Part shown: piece by piece, positions 1 through 11,700 of the stretch
How positions within the stretch are numbered: position 1 is the first letter of the stretch
Layout: the number at the start of each line of letters is the position of its first letter
Virus record (IMG/VR): IMGVR_UViG_3300042485_001470
Coordinates: 1 to 64,000 of that record
Length of the DNA stretch: 64,000 nucleotides
Source: a virus
Strand: one strand, 5' to 3'
Made by a program: the position numbers and the translations under genes
Notes under the pieces: model-generated
Databases searched by the model: none
What the model was told of the DNA's origin: nothing
What the model saw: the letters and a program-made list of their open reading frames with translations, nothing else

Positions 1-1
1 T

Positions 2-232
2 TACAAAAACCCTTACATGACTTCTAACGAAATCTTGATGGGTTATAGAGGTAACAACTTCTTAGAGACTGGTGCTGTTTACGCTCCTTATGTACCATTG
101 ATTATGACTCCATTAGTGTATGACCCACAAAACTTTACTCCACGTAGAGGTGTGATGACTCGTTACGCTAAGAAAATGGTTCGTCCTGAGTACTATGGTA
201 AGATTTATGTTAAAGATTTAGCATCTATCTAA
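2..232 (+). CDS. Major capsid protein, C-terminal fragment (T4 gp23-like), 5' truncated by window
   Basis: GYRG...GAVYAPYVPL...DPQNFTPRRGVMTRYA is the typical gp23-family C-terminus; frame is open from base 2 (YKNPYM...). Confidence 0.9.
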   Translation, partial: YKNPYMTSNEILMGYRGNNFLETGAVYAPYVPLIMTPLVYDPQNFTPRRGVMTRYAKKMVRPEYYGKIYVKDLASI

Positions 233-260
233 TCTAAAGTAATTCTTAGATAATAAAATT

Positions 261-289
261 GGGGGAGAAGAAATTCTTCCCCTTTTTTT
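261..289 (+). terminator. Intrinsic terminator after capsid gene
   Basis: GGGGGAGAAG-AAA-TTCTTCCCC hairpin followed by T7. Confidence 0.85.
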
Positions 290-314
290 ATTTTACCCCT
301 TTCTAACTATTTTA

Positions 315-322
315 TATTTATA
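315..322 (+). promoter_or_regulatory. Putative phage late-promoter motif TATTTATA
   Basis: Same octamer recurs 19-28 nt upstream of most structural-gene starts. Confidence 0.6.
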
Positions 323-343
323 TAGGTAAACATAAAAATCACT

Positions 344-727
344 ATGGCAGCAGGAAGATATTCATTTGTAATAGAACAAGGAGCAACTACTAACATTCAG
401 ATAAATTGGACAGATTCAAGCGGCTCTGCAATTGATTTATCGGGATACCAAGCAAGAATGCAAATTAGACCGGGTGTAGAATCATCTGATGTTTTTCTAT
501 CACTATCATCATCACTTCAAGGTGCTTGTAATACTGGTATCAATTTAAGTGGTAGTAATGGTATTACACCTTTACAATCCGGTTCTCTTGCTATTTATAT
601 ATCCGCATACTCATCATCTTTATTAAATTTTAATGAAGCTTATTATGATTTGGAATTGGAAAAGGGATGTGAAGTTACTAGATTATTGGAAGGAAAAGTT
701 AAACTATCGAAAAACGTAACTAGATAA
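344..727 (+). CDS. Small virion structural protein (beta-sandwich, BppU/adaptor-like)
   Basis: IEQGAT...DLSGYQARMQIR...YYDLEL...RLLEGKV pattern common in phage structural clusters. Confidence 0.55.
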   Translation: MAAGRYSFVIEQGATTNIQINWTDSSGSAIDLSGYQARMQIRPGVESSDVFLSLSSSLQGACNTGINLSGSNGITPLQSGSLAIYISAYSSSLLNFNEAYYDLELEKGCEVTRLLEGKVKLSKNVTR

Positions 728-728
728 A

Positions 729-2270
729 ATGGCAGTAGAAATAACACAAAATTTAACACAAGTAACTATATCATCGGCTGGTGTTCAGGGATTAAAAGGA
801 GAGCCGGGTATTTCTGGTTCATCTCAAGATGTATCTATGTTCTTATCTTCTAGTACATTTAATACATTTACATCTTCTATTCAATCTGAAGTAAATTCAA
901 TTAAAGCTTGGACTGCATCTTTAGAATTAATTAATACAATTGATACGGAGTTATTACAATTTTATCAAACAACCGCATCGTTAAATACACAAACAGGTTC
1001 ACAAAATTCAGTAAACTTAGGAATATCAACCGCAACTGGTTCTTTAATAGGAATTACAAACGGATTGATGGCGTTTACCGCTGCATTGGATTCAACATAC
1101 GCAAGTGATGTACAATTACTTCCAATATTGCAGGCAACTCATTCTATTGAATTACATAGTGGTTCAATGGTTGGTATTACAAACGGATTGATGACTTATA
1201 CATCTTCTAACGAAAGTTGGAAAGTGGGTATAAGAAGTGAGTTATCAGCAATAGAAGCTTGGACATCATCTTTAGAATTGATTAACACAATTGATACTGA
1301 ATTATTACAATTATATCAAACTACTGCTTCACTTAACTCAAAAACCGGTTCTTATGCAACAACTGGTTCAAATACTTTCTATGGTACACAAAATATAAGT
1401 GGTTCATTGAATGTAAGTGGTTCGACTGTTCAAATTGGAAACAATATATTAACAGGAAACACTACATTAAGTGGTAGTATTAATGTAAGTGGTTCTACTA
1501 CATTTAATGGAACTCACATACTAAGTGGTAGCAATACAATTGATGGTAATACTATAATGACAGGAACTAATACTATAATTGGTAATACTGTTATGAGTGG
1601 TAGCATTGAAGTAAGTGGTAGTTCTAATTTCAAAAATTCAATATTCATTGTAACTGGTTCAACATACTTTACTGGTTCACATGATGTAAAAGGAAATACA
1701 TCCGTAACTGGTTCTTTTAATATAAATGGAAATACTATATTGAGTGGTTCTATTAATGTGGCAAGCGGTAGTGGATTTTATAGAGCAGGAAACAAATTGT
1801 TTAACTATGGGCAGTGGGGTTCTTTGGAAACTCAATCGGGTTCGGCAAATGTAGCAAACGCTATGAAATTTGAAACTTCATTTAATGGTTCAGACGGTAT
1901 AATTGTAGCAAATAACGGAAGTGGATTCCCAACAAGAATTACTGCACAACATAAAGGATTATATAATATTCAATTCTCAGCTCAATTACATACTACGGCA
2001 ACTGAAGCTTGTCAATTTTCTGTTTGGTTCGTTATGACGGGCTCAAATATAATGAATTCAAATACCGAATACACTGTTGAGAAAATATCGGGTGGTGGAA
2101 ATTCTGTGGCAGCATTAAATTTATTAACTTCAATTGAGGCTAATGATTGGATAGAATTATATTGGAGTAATGTAAGCGGAAACGGACAACTGCAATACAT
2201 AGGAACACAATCAACTCCTACAAGACCTGCAACTCCATCGGTAATAGTAACAATAACTCAAGTGGCATAA
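729..2270 (+). CDS. Fibre/whisker-like virion protein: helical repeats, SGS-rich beta repeats, C-terminal C1q/TNF-like head
   Basis: Duplicated AWT.SLELINTIDTELLQ.YQTTASLN; (I/L)SGS.NVSGS repeats; C-terminal GLYNIQFSAQL...DWIELYW. Confidence 0.55.
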   Translation: MAVEITQNLTQVTISSAGVQGLKGEPGISGSSQDVSMFLSSSTFNTFTSSIQSEVNSIKAWTASLELINTIDTELLQFYQTTASLNTQTGSQNSVNLGISTATGSLIGITNGLMAFTAALDSTYASDVQLLPILQATHSIELHSGSMVGITNGLMTYTSSNESWKVGIRSELSAIEAWTSSLELINTIDTELLQLYQTTASLNSKTGSYATTGSNTFYGTQNISGSLNVSGSTVQIGNNILTGNTTLSGSINVSGSTTFNGTHILSGSNTIDGNTIMTGTNTIIGNTVMSGSIEVSGSSNFKNSIFIVTGSTYFTGSHDVKGNTSVTGSFNINGNTILSGSINVASGSGFYRAGNKLFNYGQWGSLETQSGSANVANAMKFETSFNGSDGIIVANNGSGFPTRITAQHKGLYNIQFSAQLHTTATEACQFSVWFVMTGSNIMNSNTEYTVEKISGGGNSVAALNLLTSIEANDWIELYWSNVSGNGQLQYIGTQSTPTRPATPSVIVTITQVA

Positions 2271-2325
2271 GATGTGTAAAGTAAACAACTAATTCCTTTC
2301 TAAACACTATTCTTTTGATTCTTAA

Positions 2326-2333
2326 TATTTATA
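2326..2333 (+). promoter_or_regulatory. Putative late-promoter motif TATTTATA
   Basis: 25 nt upstream of ATG 2359. Confidence 0.6.
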
Positions 2334-2358
2334 GGTAACGATAAAATAAGTACTTATA

Positions 2359-3525
2359 ATGGCATTAGAAACATTGATATATCCTGGTTCATCTTCATTC
2401 TTTCCAGGTCAGACTCCTTTTGGAATTTATGATAATGATTATGAGTTTCAAGAAGATGCTCCAAAAGTGGCACTTTGGTGTGCTAGAAGATTGGGCTATC
2501 CTATTCAAAACATAGAATTAATAGATGAAAACTTCTATGCATGCTTCGAAGAATCGGTATCAGAGTATGGGGCACAAGTAAATCAATTCAATATTCGTAA
2601 TAATTTGGATTCGGTTAAGGGCAAATCAAAATCAACAAATCTTACAAGCAAATTAGTTCAGGGTTCAAATCTTCCTAACCTAATAGCAATTTCCGATGCG
2701 TATGGTACATTGGCAGGTGTTGGTGGTAATACTGATATTAAGAAAGGATTTATTGAATTGGTGCCCGGTCAACAAGAATATGATTTAGATACTTTATTTT
2801 CGGCTGTTAGTGAAAGTGGGAAGCGTATTGAAGTAGTTAAAGTATTTCAAGAACCAGTACCTGCAATTAATAGATTCTTTGACCCTTATTCAGTTTCTGG
2901 GCAAGGTACATTGAACTTAATTGATGAGTTTGGATTTGGTTCATATTCACCGGCTGCACAATTTATATTGATGCCAATGTTTGAAGACCTTCTTAGAATA
3001 CAAGCAATTGAATTCAATGACCAATTCAGAAAATCGGCATTTACTTTTAATATTGTGAATGGTAAGATGAGAATATTCCCAATACCAACATCTCAAAATA
3101 TGAACCTTTATGGTAAATTATATTTTGATTATTATGTAAAAGATGACTTTACTGAAAATTCAACAACTGTAACCCCAAATGTAATATCTGATTATTCTGA
3201 TATACCATATAGTTTTATGGAATATGGTGGAATTAATGATGTAGGTAAGCAGTGGATTAGAAAATACTCATTAGCTTTGGTAAAAGAGTTGTTAGGAGCA
3301 ATTAGAGAAAAATATTCATCAATTCCAATACCTGGTTCTGAAGTAAGTTTGGATGGAGCTGCATTACGAAGCGAAGCTCAGACTGAAAAAGAAGCACTAA
3401 TGACTCAATTAAGAGAAACATTAGAGGAGTTAAGTAGAAAAGTTCAATTTGAAAATCGTAACAATGAAGCTAACCAACACCAAGAAATGTTGAGAAAAGT
3501 TCCATTGGCAATATACATAGGATAA
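2359..3525 (+). CDS. Neck / head-tail adaptor protein (T4 gp13-like)
   Basis: RRLGYPIQNIEL..NFYACFEE..SEY and WIRKYSLALVKELLG..REKY..IP.PG..V.LDG motifs; position after capsid. Confidence 0.75.
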   Translation: MALETLIYPGSSSFFPGQTPFGIYDNDYEFQEDAPKVALWCARRLGYPIQNIELIDENFYACFEESVSEYGAQVNQFNIRNNLDSVKGKSKSTNLTSKLVQGSNLPNLIAISDAYGTLAGVGGNTDIKKGFIELVPGQQEYDLDTLFSAVSESGKRIEVVKVFQEPVPAINRFFDPYSVSGQGTLNLIDEFGFGSYSPAAQFILMPMFEDLLRIQAIEFNDQFRKSAFTFNIVNGKMRIFPIPTSQNMNLYGKLYFDYYVKDDFTENSTTVTPNVISDYSDIPYSFMEYGGINDVGKQWIRKYSLALVKELLGAIREKYSSIPIPGSEVSLDGAALRSEAQTEKEALMTQLRETLEELSRKVQFENRNNEANQHQEMLRKVPLAIYIG

Positions 3526-3526
3526 T

Positions 3527-3982
3527 ATGGCAAGATTTACATTAGCAAGAGATATAAAATTCTTTGAGAGTATATCCAGAGAATTGGTAGACGTAGTAAT
3601 AGAAACGGCTGTGGTATTATATAAACTTGTCATAGAAGATAGTAAGACCAATTTATATGGTGAATCTTTAAATAAAACATATTATCAAGGTGTAGAAACA
3701 ACCGCAGTAATTGAAAGAGAATCTTCTACAAGTGAATATGAAGGATTTGGTTCTGATAAAAATCAATTAGTAGAATTCCGTTTTAATCGATTTACATTAG
3801 AAGATACTGGATTTTATCCTGAAGTTGGGGATATTATATTTCACAACAATGGATATTTTGAAATTGATAATGTAAGAGAAGACCAATTGGTAGGTGGACA
3901 AGTTGATAATAAGTTTTCAATTATTTGTTCTACATTTATGACTAGAAGAAGTACAATTCAAACTGAAATGAGAATAGTATAA
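3527..3982 (+). CDS. Head closure / neck protein (T4 gp14-like)
   Basis: VVLYKL...TNLYGES..K.Y and PEVGDII motifs; synteny. Confidence 0.7.
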   Translation: MARFTLARDIKFFESISRELVDVVIETAVVLYKLVIEDSKTNLYGESLNKTYYQGVETTAVIERESSTSEYEGFGSDKNQLVEFRFNRFTLEDTGFYPEVGDIIFHNNGYFEIDNVREDQLVGGQVDNKFSIICSTFMTRRSTIQTEMRIV

Positions 3983-5043
3983 TGGAAAGAAAAGAAACAA
4001 ATAGAGCACAACAACTACCAATAGATAGAGAATATATCAAAGGTGTCAAACTTATTGATGTTGATACTACTATTGCAGAATATATGACTTCAGTTGTTAT
4101 TCCTGATTTAGAAGAAAATGGAAACGTATTAAAAGCTCCATTGATATATGGTAATGCGGAAAGATGGGCAGGTGCTAGAAGGGATGGATATATAAGAGAT
4201 GAAAGAGGTAGGATTCAAATACCTCTAGTGATGTTTAAGCGAAACTCAATTGAAAGAAATGACTTAATGTCGAATTTTCAAGAGATAAACAAAATATCAA
4301 CATATAAAAAATATTCTCAAAAAAATAAATATGAGAGATTTAGTATTCAAAATGGTGTAGCTCCTGTTCAAGAATTATATGAAATAAATGTACCACATTA
4401 TGTGACAGTAACTTATGAAGTAATGATTTGGACATCGTTTACCGAACACATGAATAAAATTGTAGAAGCATTTCAATATGCAACTGACAGATATTGGGGT
4501 AAAGAAGATGGATATAAATTTAAAGTAAAAATAGACTCGTTTGATAATCAACAAGAAGTTGGGGCAGGTTCGGAGCGTGTAATTAGAACTACATTTAATA
4601 TGGTAGTAAATGCTTATTTATTACCTGAAAGATATAATGAAAAGCCTGTTGTAAAAAAATCAAGAACAGTTAAAAGAATTATATTTGGTGTTGAAACTGA
4701 TTTAACTGGAAATCTTTTTGTTAATCCAACTTTATACAACGAATACTCTCAAGTTATTGATTTTATTGCAGTAAGAGGTTCTCAAATGGCAGTTTTTATA
4801 AATTCAACAACTGTTAAATTAACAAATGTAAGAAAACCAATATTACCATCAGAATTATTTGGGGTGTATGATACAGTAAACTGGTTTAGAGTTTATATTA
4901 ATGGAGATTTTATATCACCATCGTTATATACATACTCTTATAATGGTACTACGAATGAAATAATCTTTACATTTAGTGGATTAGGATTTGCATTAGATTC
5001 GCAAGATGAGGTTGCTATAACTGGAAAATTCCAAGAATTATAA
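3982..5043 (+). CDS. Tail terminator / sheath stabiliser (T4 gp15-like) with C-terminal extra domain
   Basis: PLIYGNAERW...IPLVMFKR..IE and P.YVTVTYEVMIWT...MNKIVE; TAATG coupling to upstream gene. Confidence 0.7.
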   Translation: MERKETNRAQQLPIDREYIKGVKLIDVDTTIAEYMTSVVIPDLEENGNVLKAPLIYGNAERWAGARRDGYIRDERGRIQIPLVMFKRNSIERNDLMSNFQEINKISTYKKYSQKNKYERFSIQNGVAPVQELYEINVPHYVTVTYEVMIWTSFTEHMNKIVEAFQYATDRYWGKEDGYKFKVKIDSFDNQQEVGAGSERVIRTTFNMVVNAYLLPERYNEKPVVKKSRTVKRIIFGVETDLTGNLFVNPTLYNEYSQVIDFIAVRGSQMAVFINSTTVKLTNVRKPILPSELFGVYDTVNWFRVYINGDFISPSLYTYSYNGTTNEIIFTFSGLGFALDSQDEVAITGKFQEL

Positions 5044-5044
5044 T

Positions 5045-5404
5045 ATGAATATTAAACAACTTAAAAATATAATGAAGGAAGTTAATGAACCAAATGAGTT
5101 TGAGTTATTTGCTCACGACTTGCAACATCCTTTTTATTGGATTTTCAAAGTTGAAAAGGTGAGGGTTAAAACATTATTTCCAAAATTAGAAGGATTGAGG
5201 AAACCCTCTGCACGATTCGATGTTTTTATAAATGGATTATTTATATCAGATAATGATTATATTTTTGAACAAATAGAAAATGATTTTTATTTAAGTTTTA
5301 AAAGAAGTAATTTTCCTGAATTTGATAGATTTGGAAATCCATATACTATCGATGAAACGGATGAGGTTAAAATAAACGGAGATGTTGAAAAATTTATTAA
5401 TTAA
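5045..5404 (+). CDS. Hypothetical virion protein (paralogue of gp15-like C-terminal domain)
   Basis: FDVFINGLFI...DEVKINGDV resembles FRVYINGDFI...DEVAITGKF. Confidence 0.6.
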   Translation: MNIKQLKNIMKEVNEPNEFELFAHDLQHPFYWIFKVEKVRVKTLFPKLEGLRKPSARFDVFINGLFISDNDYIFEQIENDFYLSFKRSNFPEFDRFGNPYTIDETDEVKINGDVEKFIN

Positions 5405-5787
5405 TGAGTAGAGTAGTTCCAAATATTAATATAGATACCACACAAAAGTTGAGGGATAGAGCCGGATTTAAAGAATTTGTATTAAGAGTTAATACAGATA
5501 CCTTTACATATTCACATAAACCAAATACTATTTCTTTGGAAAATCAAACATTTTTCACACTAACTTTAGAAAATAAAAGATTTATTTTTGATATATTAGA
5601 AGTTGATGATGTCACAGACTATGTTGATGTATATTTATTTGGAGTAAAACAACCACAAGATAGATATAATGTTGAAGTTGTTGGAAATAATATAATTGTT
5701 ACATTCACCGCTGATATTACAAGGTTACCAAATCAGGTATCGGCTGCAGATTTTGAAATAAAAGGTAAAATAGTAGAAATAGTATAA
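5404..5787 (+). CDS. Hypothetical virion protein (same small domain family)
   Basis: VDVYLFGVKQ...DFEIKGKI; coupled by TAATG overlaps on both sides. Confidence 0.6.
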   Translation: MSRVVPNINIDTTQKLRDRAGFKEFVLRVNTDTFTYSHKPNTISLENQTFFTLTLENKRFIFDILEVDDVTDYVDVYLFGVKQPQDRYNVEVVGNNIIVTFTADITRLPNQVSAADFEIKGKIVEIV

Positions 5788-8700
5788 TGGCAAGATTGAT
5801 ACCTCGTAAGCAGATTGAAGAACAACAAAATATTAGTAGTTCATTTTCGGTAGGACAAGACCTTACTGTAGGTAGGGATGTTGTTATATCTGGGTCTTTG
5901 TTTGTTTCCCAAAGTTTTTTTATGGGAAACGATACTGGTTCACGTAATGAACTAACTGGTTCGGTATTTCTTACTGGTTCTTTAACAATAGATGGTGATT
6001 TATTTGTAGGAGCTCCTGATACTGTTTTATCTATTAAGGCAAGTGGTTCTTTGATTTCAGATGATACTCAAAGATATGCTGGTATTCTTGCAAAAGATTT
6101 TGGTGCTAACTTACCTACACTTTATGTATCTTCAACCGATGGGGATGATACAAACGATGGTAGAACAATTCAATATCCACTTCGTACAATTAAAAGAGCA
6201 GCTCAATTAGCATCTCCAGGGTATGATGGTAGATATGGTTTTGATACCGGTTCGGTTTCAAACGGATATGTAATTAAAGTACAAGCGGGAACGTATTTAG
6301 AGGATAATCCTGTAATACTTCCTTCCAACACAACCATTTGGGGTGCTGGTTTGCGTATTACCAAAATTAACGCTAAAAACCCCACAGAAGACCTATTCCA
6401 TGTAAACTCTGGATGTTATATAGCAGAGGTAACGATGGGAGGTTTGAGATTATTCCCAGACCAAATAAATCCTGAAAAAGGATTTGCGGTAGCTTTCCAA
6501 CCCGGTGCATTTATTACAACATCACCATATACGCAAAACTGCTCGCAGATTTCAAACCAAGAAAATTCATTCACCGAACTTTACGAAGAAATTCCGCCAG
6601 GTGGTGGAGGTCTTTATGTTAATGGTGATGTGATACATCCTGATTCTCCATTGGCTTCAATGGTATTGGATGCTTATACGCAGATTTCTCCAAATGGTGT
6701 GGGTTGCTTGGTAAATGGTAGGGGATTCATTCAGCTGGTATCTTTCTTTACCAACTTCTCATATTATGCTATTAGAGTAAACAATGGTGGACATGCTACA
6801 CTAAACAACTCAAACATTTCGTTTGGTTTATATGGTATGTATGCATCTGGTTCTCGCTTTATTTCTGGTAGTGGTGGAAACATCGATGCTAGAAATAGAG
6901 TAAGAGGAAGTTGGAGTGTGGTGGTTGATGTTCTTAATAGAGGATTAAGTGCACTTCCTGAAATTACAACTTTGAATACGGCAGAAGGTATTCGTGCAAC
7001 ATCTTTATCTCAATATCCTCAATTATATCTTTCTGGTAGTGAAATATCATTAACACCAACTACACAAAATATTGAAGAAGTACAATCTGATTTTAAATTG
7101 GTATCTGCTATTGTAGAAAATGGTACATCTGATTTTCCAACTCTTTTAGCAAGAAGTTCTAACAAAGGATATGGATTTGAATCTCCTTATAATATTTTAG
7201 GAGCTGAACAAATTACATCATCAATAGCATCGGCATCTGCTGAAATTTTAACTGATATAAGTGAATCGTTTGGAGCTATATTAAGTATATTTGCAAATGG
7301 TACTGGTTCTTTTAACTTTGTATCAAATACAAAAAATGCTATTAAAGCAACTCAATTAGAACCAACTGCAATTGGTATGTCTGTTTCAAATAGTATTACT
7401 GCTAGTGTTAGTTCATCATTTGAAACGGTAATATCAATTATATCTTCTGGATTAACAGCAGTTCCAAAAGTAACTTCATCAAACGAAGCCGCTATAAAAG
7501 TTTCTGGTGTAGAACAATTTACAACTGGATTATCATCATCTTTACAAACAACCAATAGTGTAAGTGCAAGTTTTAGCATAATTTATAATATTTTGGATAA
7601 AGGAACTGGTAGTGTAATATTACCAATACCTCAAAATCATCAAAAAAATTATACAATAACTAATAATAATAGTTCATCGTATCAATGGCAAGGTGTGGGT
7701 TCTAATCCAACAATAACACTATATAGAGGTGAAACTTATAAATTTTATGTAAGTGCATCTAGTGTATTTGGTGGTATCAACTATCCATTTTTTATTAGAA
7801 CAAAACCTGTTAGTGGGATTAGTGAACAATTTGATTATGATAAGGGAGTGGTAAATAATGGGGATAGTGTTGGTAATATAACATTTACTGTACCATACGA
7901 TGCTCCTAATGAATTATATTATGTTGCACAAAATACTGATAATATGGCTGGAAAATTCCATATTATTAATAATTCAGCAACTCCATTTGATTTAATATCA
8001 AATACATTAACATACCCACAAACAATAAGCGGTAGTACAGAATCAACATCTAATATAGATAAGTTAAATGCTTACGAACTTCTTATTGGAAATAAATCTT
8101 TTATTGAAGAAGAAACAATTCAGTTTGTATCATCTTCTTGGTCTGATTTTGAATATGTTGAATCAACTTGTCGTAGAGATATTGGATTCTTAATAGACGC
8201 AGTAGCTAATGACCTTATATATGGGGGAAACAATAATAGTATTACCGCTGGTAGGTTTTATTATGAATACCCATCAACAGCAACTACAACACAAAAAGAC
8301 CCAACCAAAACTGCAGTTAAGTATGCAGCTGGTATGGTTCAAAAAATATTAAAAGGTGTAACTTTTGTTGAACCAAATAATGAAAGAGATGCCGTAGCAA
8401 CTGCTATACAGGCAAATAGAGAATTTATACAAACTGAAACAATAACTTTCCTTTCATCATCTTGGAGTAACTTCTATTATAATGAAGCTAAGTGTAAGAG
8501 AGATGTGGGATATATTTTAGATGCGGTAGCAACTGATGCTAGATATGGTGGTAACGAAAGGTCTGTACAAGCAGGTCAATTCTATTACTTATATCCATCA
8601 TTAGCAGTTGTTGATGGTGATGGTGATTCTGAAGGTCAATTAGGACAAACTTTAGATGGTGTACGTTTTGCAGCTGGTAATACTAATAATATAGTAGCTG

Positions 8701-11700
8701 GAATTACACACCAAACTGCATCATTGAATGTTAGAGAATCATATAGATTATTAAGAGAAAACAAAGAATTAATTCAAAACGAAACAATTCAGTTTATCAA
8801 TGTAGCATATCCTCAATTAAAATATAACCAAGACAAATGTAAGAGAGATGTTGGTTATATAATTGATGCAATATCAACTGATTTATTATATGGTGGTATA
8901 GAAAGAAGTGTAACGGCTGGTAAATATTATTATGAATATCCATCGCAAGCTACAAAAACTCAAAAAGTAGAAACTTCTGGTGGTATAAGATACGCTAAAA
9001 TTATTTCTGACTTTATTGTTCAAAATATTGTTTTAGAAACTCCACGTATTATTACTAATGATGAAAAATTAATTAAAGTAGTAAGTGGTAGTAGCAATAT
9101 TACATCTTCATTTAGTGGTACTATTAATGAGCAAAATTCTATTAGTAGTTCATTTGCTATTATTGAAGGAATTATAAAAAGAGGAACAGCAGCAGTACCA
9201 TCCATATTAGCACAAAATAGTGATTTGAATTGGAGTGTTGGTCTTCCATTGAGCGTTACGGGTCAAACACAAATAACCAATTCATTTGTATCACCTACTG
9301 AAGTAGAAAAATTAGGAAATGGGTTTGATGTGGTAACATCTATACTTCAAAACAATGGAGCTGAGCCTGTATTAACATCATCGGTAGAAGGACAAATTAA
9401 AGTAACAAATAATGAACAAATAACAGGTTCATTATCAAACTCATATACATCATCAATATCAGCATCATTTGGATATGTTGTTGAAATTATAAGTGGTGGG
9501 TTATCAAAGTTAGACACAATCGTTTCTAATGCATCGGCAAGTATTAAAGTAACAACAACTCCTCAATGGACAAGTGGTGTGGTTGGTACAAATTCACAAA
9601 CAGCAAGCATTAGTTCTTCATTTGGAAGTATCATAAATGTAATTGTTAGTGGAACGGCAGCATTACCAACTTTAGTACAAAATACTAATACAAATAGAAA
9701 AGTAACTTCAACACCACAATTTATATCAGCATCTTATAGTGGTAGTTTGGAGGATATAGCATTTGTATCGCAATCTATTTCTAAAGTAACTCAAATAGTT
9801 GAAACCGGAAATGTAGACCTTTTTGCAAAAACAAATTATTCAGCAACTATTGCTGCTAGAGTTGGGGTGTATGAAATATTAAAACAAAACATTCCATTTA
9901 TACAAAACGAAACAATTGCATATCTAAGTTCGTCTTGGGCTGGATTCCAATATGATGAAGTTAAGTGTAAGAGAGATATTGGATTGATTGTTAGTGGAGC
10001 AGCTGAAGACCTTTTATTTGGTGCTAATTCCGCATCTATTGTAAACGGACAATTCTATTATGAGTTCCCATCATTAGCAACTATTGGAAATGATGGTGAC
10101 ACTGGTGGGCAATTAAATCAAACTTTAGATGGTATTAACTATGCTAGTAGATTAGCACAAAAAGTAATTACACAAGGTATAACGTTCAGTTTACCATCAA
10201 CAGAAGTATCCGCATCAAACGCTTTATTATTCAATAACAAAGAGTTTATACAAAATGAAACTATTGCATATCTATCTTCTTCTTGGAGTGGATTTGATTA
10301 TAACGAAACAACTTGTAAAAGAGATGTTGGTTATATTATTGATGCGGTAAGAACTGATTTGGTATATGGTGGAAATGAAAGAAGTAGACAAGCTGGTTTA
10401 TATTATTTCCTATATCCATCACAAGCTACTGGTTCACAATTATTGCAAACAACCGATGGTATCAAATATGCATCACAAATCTCACAAAAGATAATTAGTG
10501 GTTCTATATTCCAATCTGCTGATTCTGATAAATTGGAAGTAAGTAGATTGATGAGATTGAACAAAGGACTTATTGCTGATGAGGTTGTTGAGTATGTATC
10601 ATCTTCTTGGAGCCAGGTTTCATATAATGAAGCTAAGTGTAAGAGAGATGTTGGATATATTATTGACGCAGTAAGAACTGATTTAGTTTATGGTGGTAAT
10701 GAAAGAACATCTAATGCAGGTGAATTTTATTATCGATTCCCATCATCAGCAACCGTTGGAGGAGAACCATCGGCAACTCAGCAATTAGACCCAACTGTAA
10801 CTGGAGTTGAATATGCAAATCGTTTAGCACAAAATATAGTTCAAAATAAAGTATTAGTTAATCCATCTACGGAAGTATTAGCAGCGGCTCAATTAGTAAG
10901 AACCAATAGAACATTCTTACAACAAAACGTAATACAATTTATTTCTCAAAACTATCCTAATTTAGATTACATAGTTTCCAAATGCTTCAGAGATGTTGGA
11001 TTCATTACTGATGGGGCTGTAACTGATTTGGTATATGGTGGAAACGAAAGAAGTATAAACTCTGGAAGATTCTACTTTAAGTTTGCTAGTAAAGCAACTG
11101 GTGACCAATTAGTTGAAACTGTAGCTGGTATTAACTTTGCTAAAGATTTGGCTAAGTTAGTAGCAATTGGTGGAAAGGCTGTTGAAGATGGATATGATAA
11201 TGTTTCTAAAATAATAGCAAGCGGAAGTTCATCAGCTCCTACGTTGATAACAAATACTGAAAATGCAATTAGAAAAACAGTTGAGCAACAATTCACATCA
11301 AGTCAAAGTGTTCAATCATCTGATAGGCAATTAGTATCTGCATCATTTGCAAATGTAATTACTATAATTTCAAATGGTACTGGTTCTATACCAACAATTG
11401 TAGAAAGTTCTAATAGAGGTATATTAGTAACAAGTGGTTCATATCAAATAACATCATCAATAACTCCATCTACAATTGATATTAATAAAGTTGTAAGTGG
11501 ATTTGATATTGTAACTAATATAATTGAAAATGGTACGGGTTCATTACCTACATTGGTTAAGAATACTCAAAATAATATTAAGAGAACTGATTCAATTCAA
11601 TTCACTTCAACTGCATCAATTTCTAATACTATTATTTCAAGCTCTAATACGGCATTTGATAATGTATTATTAATTGTATCTGAAGGAACTGGTTCAACAC

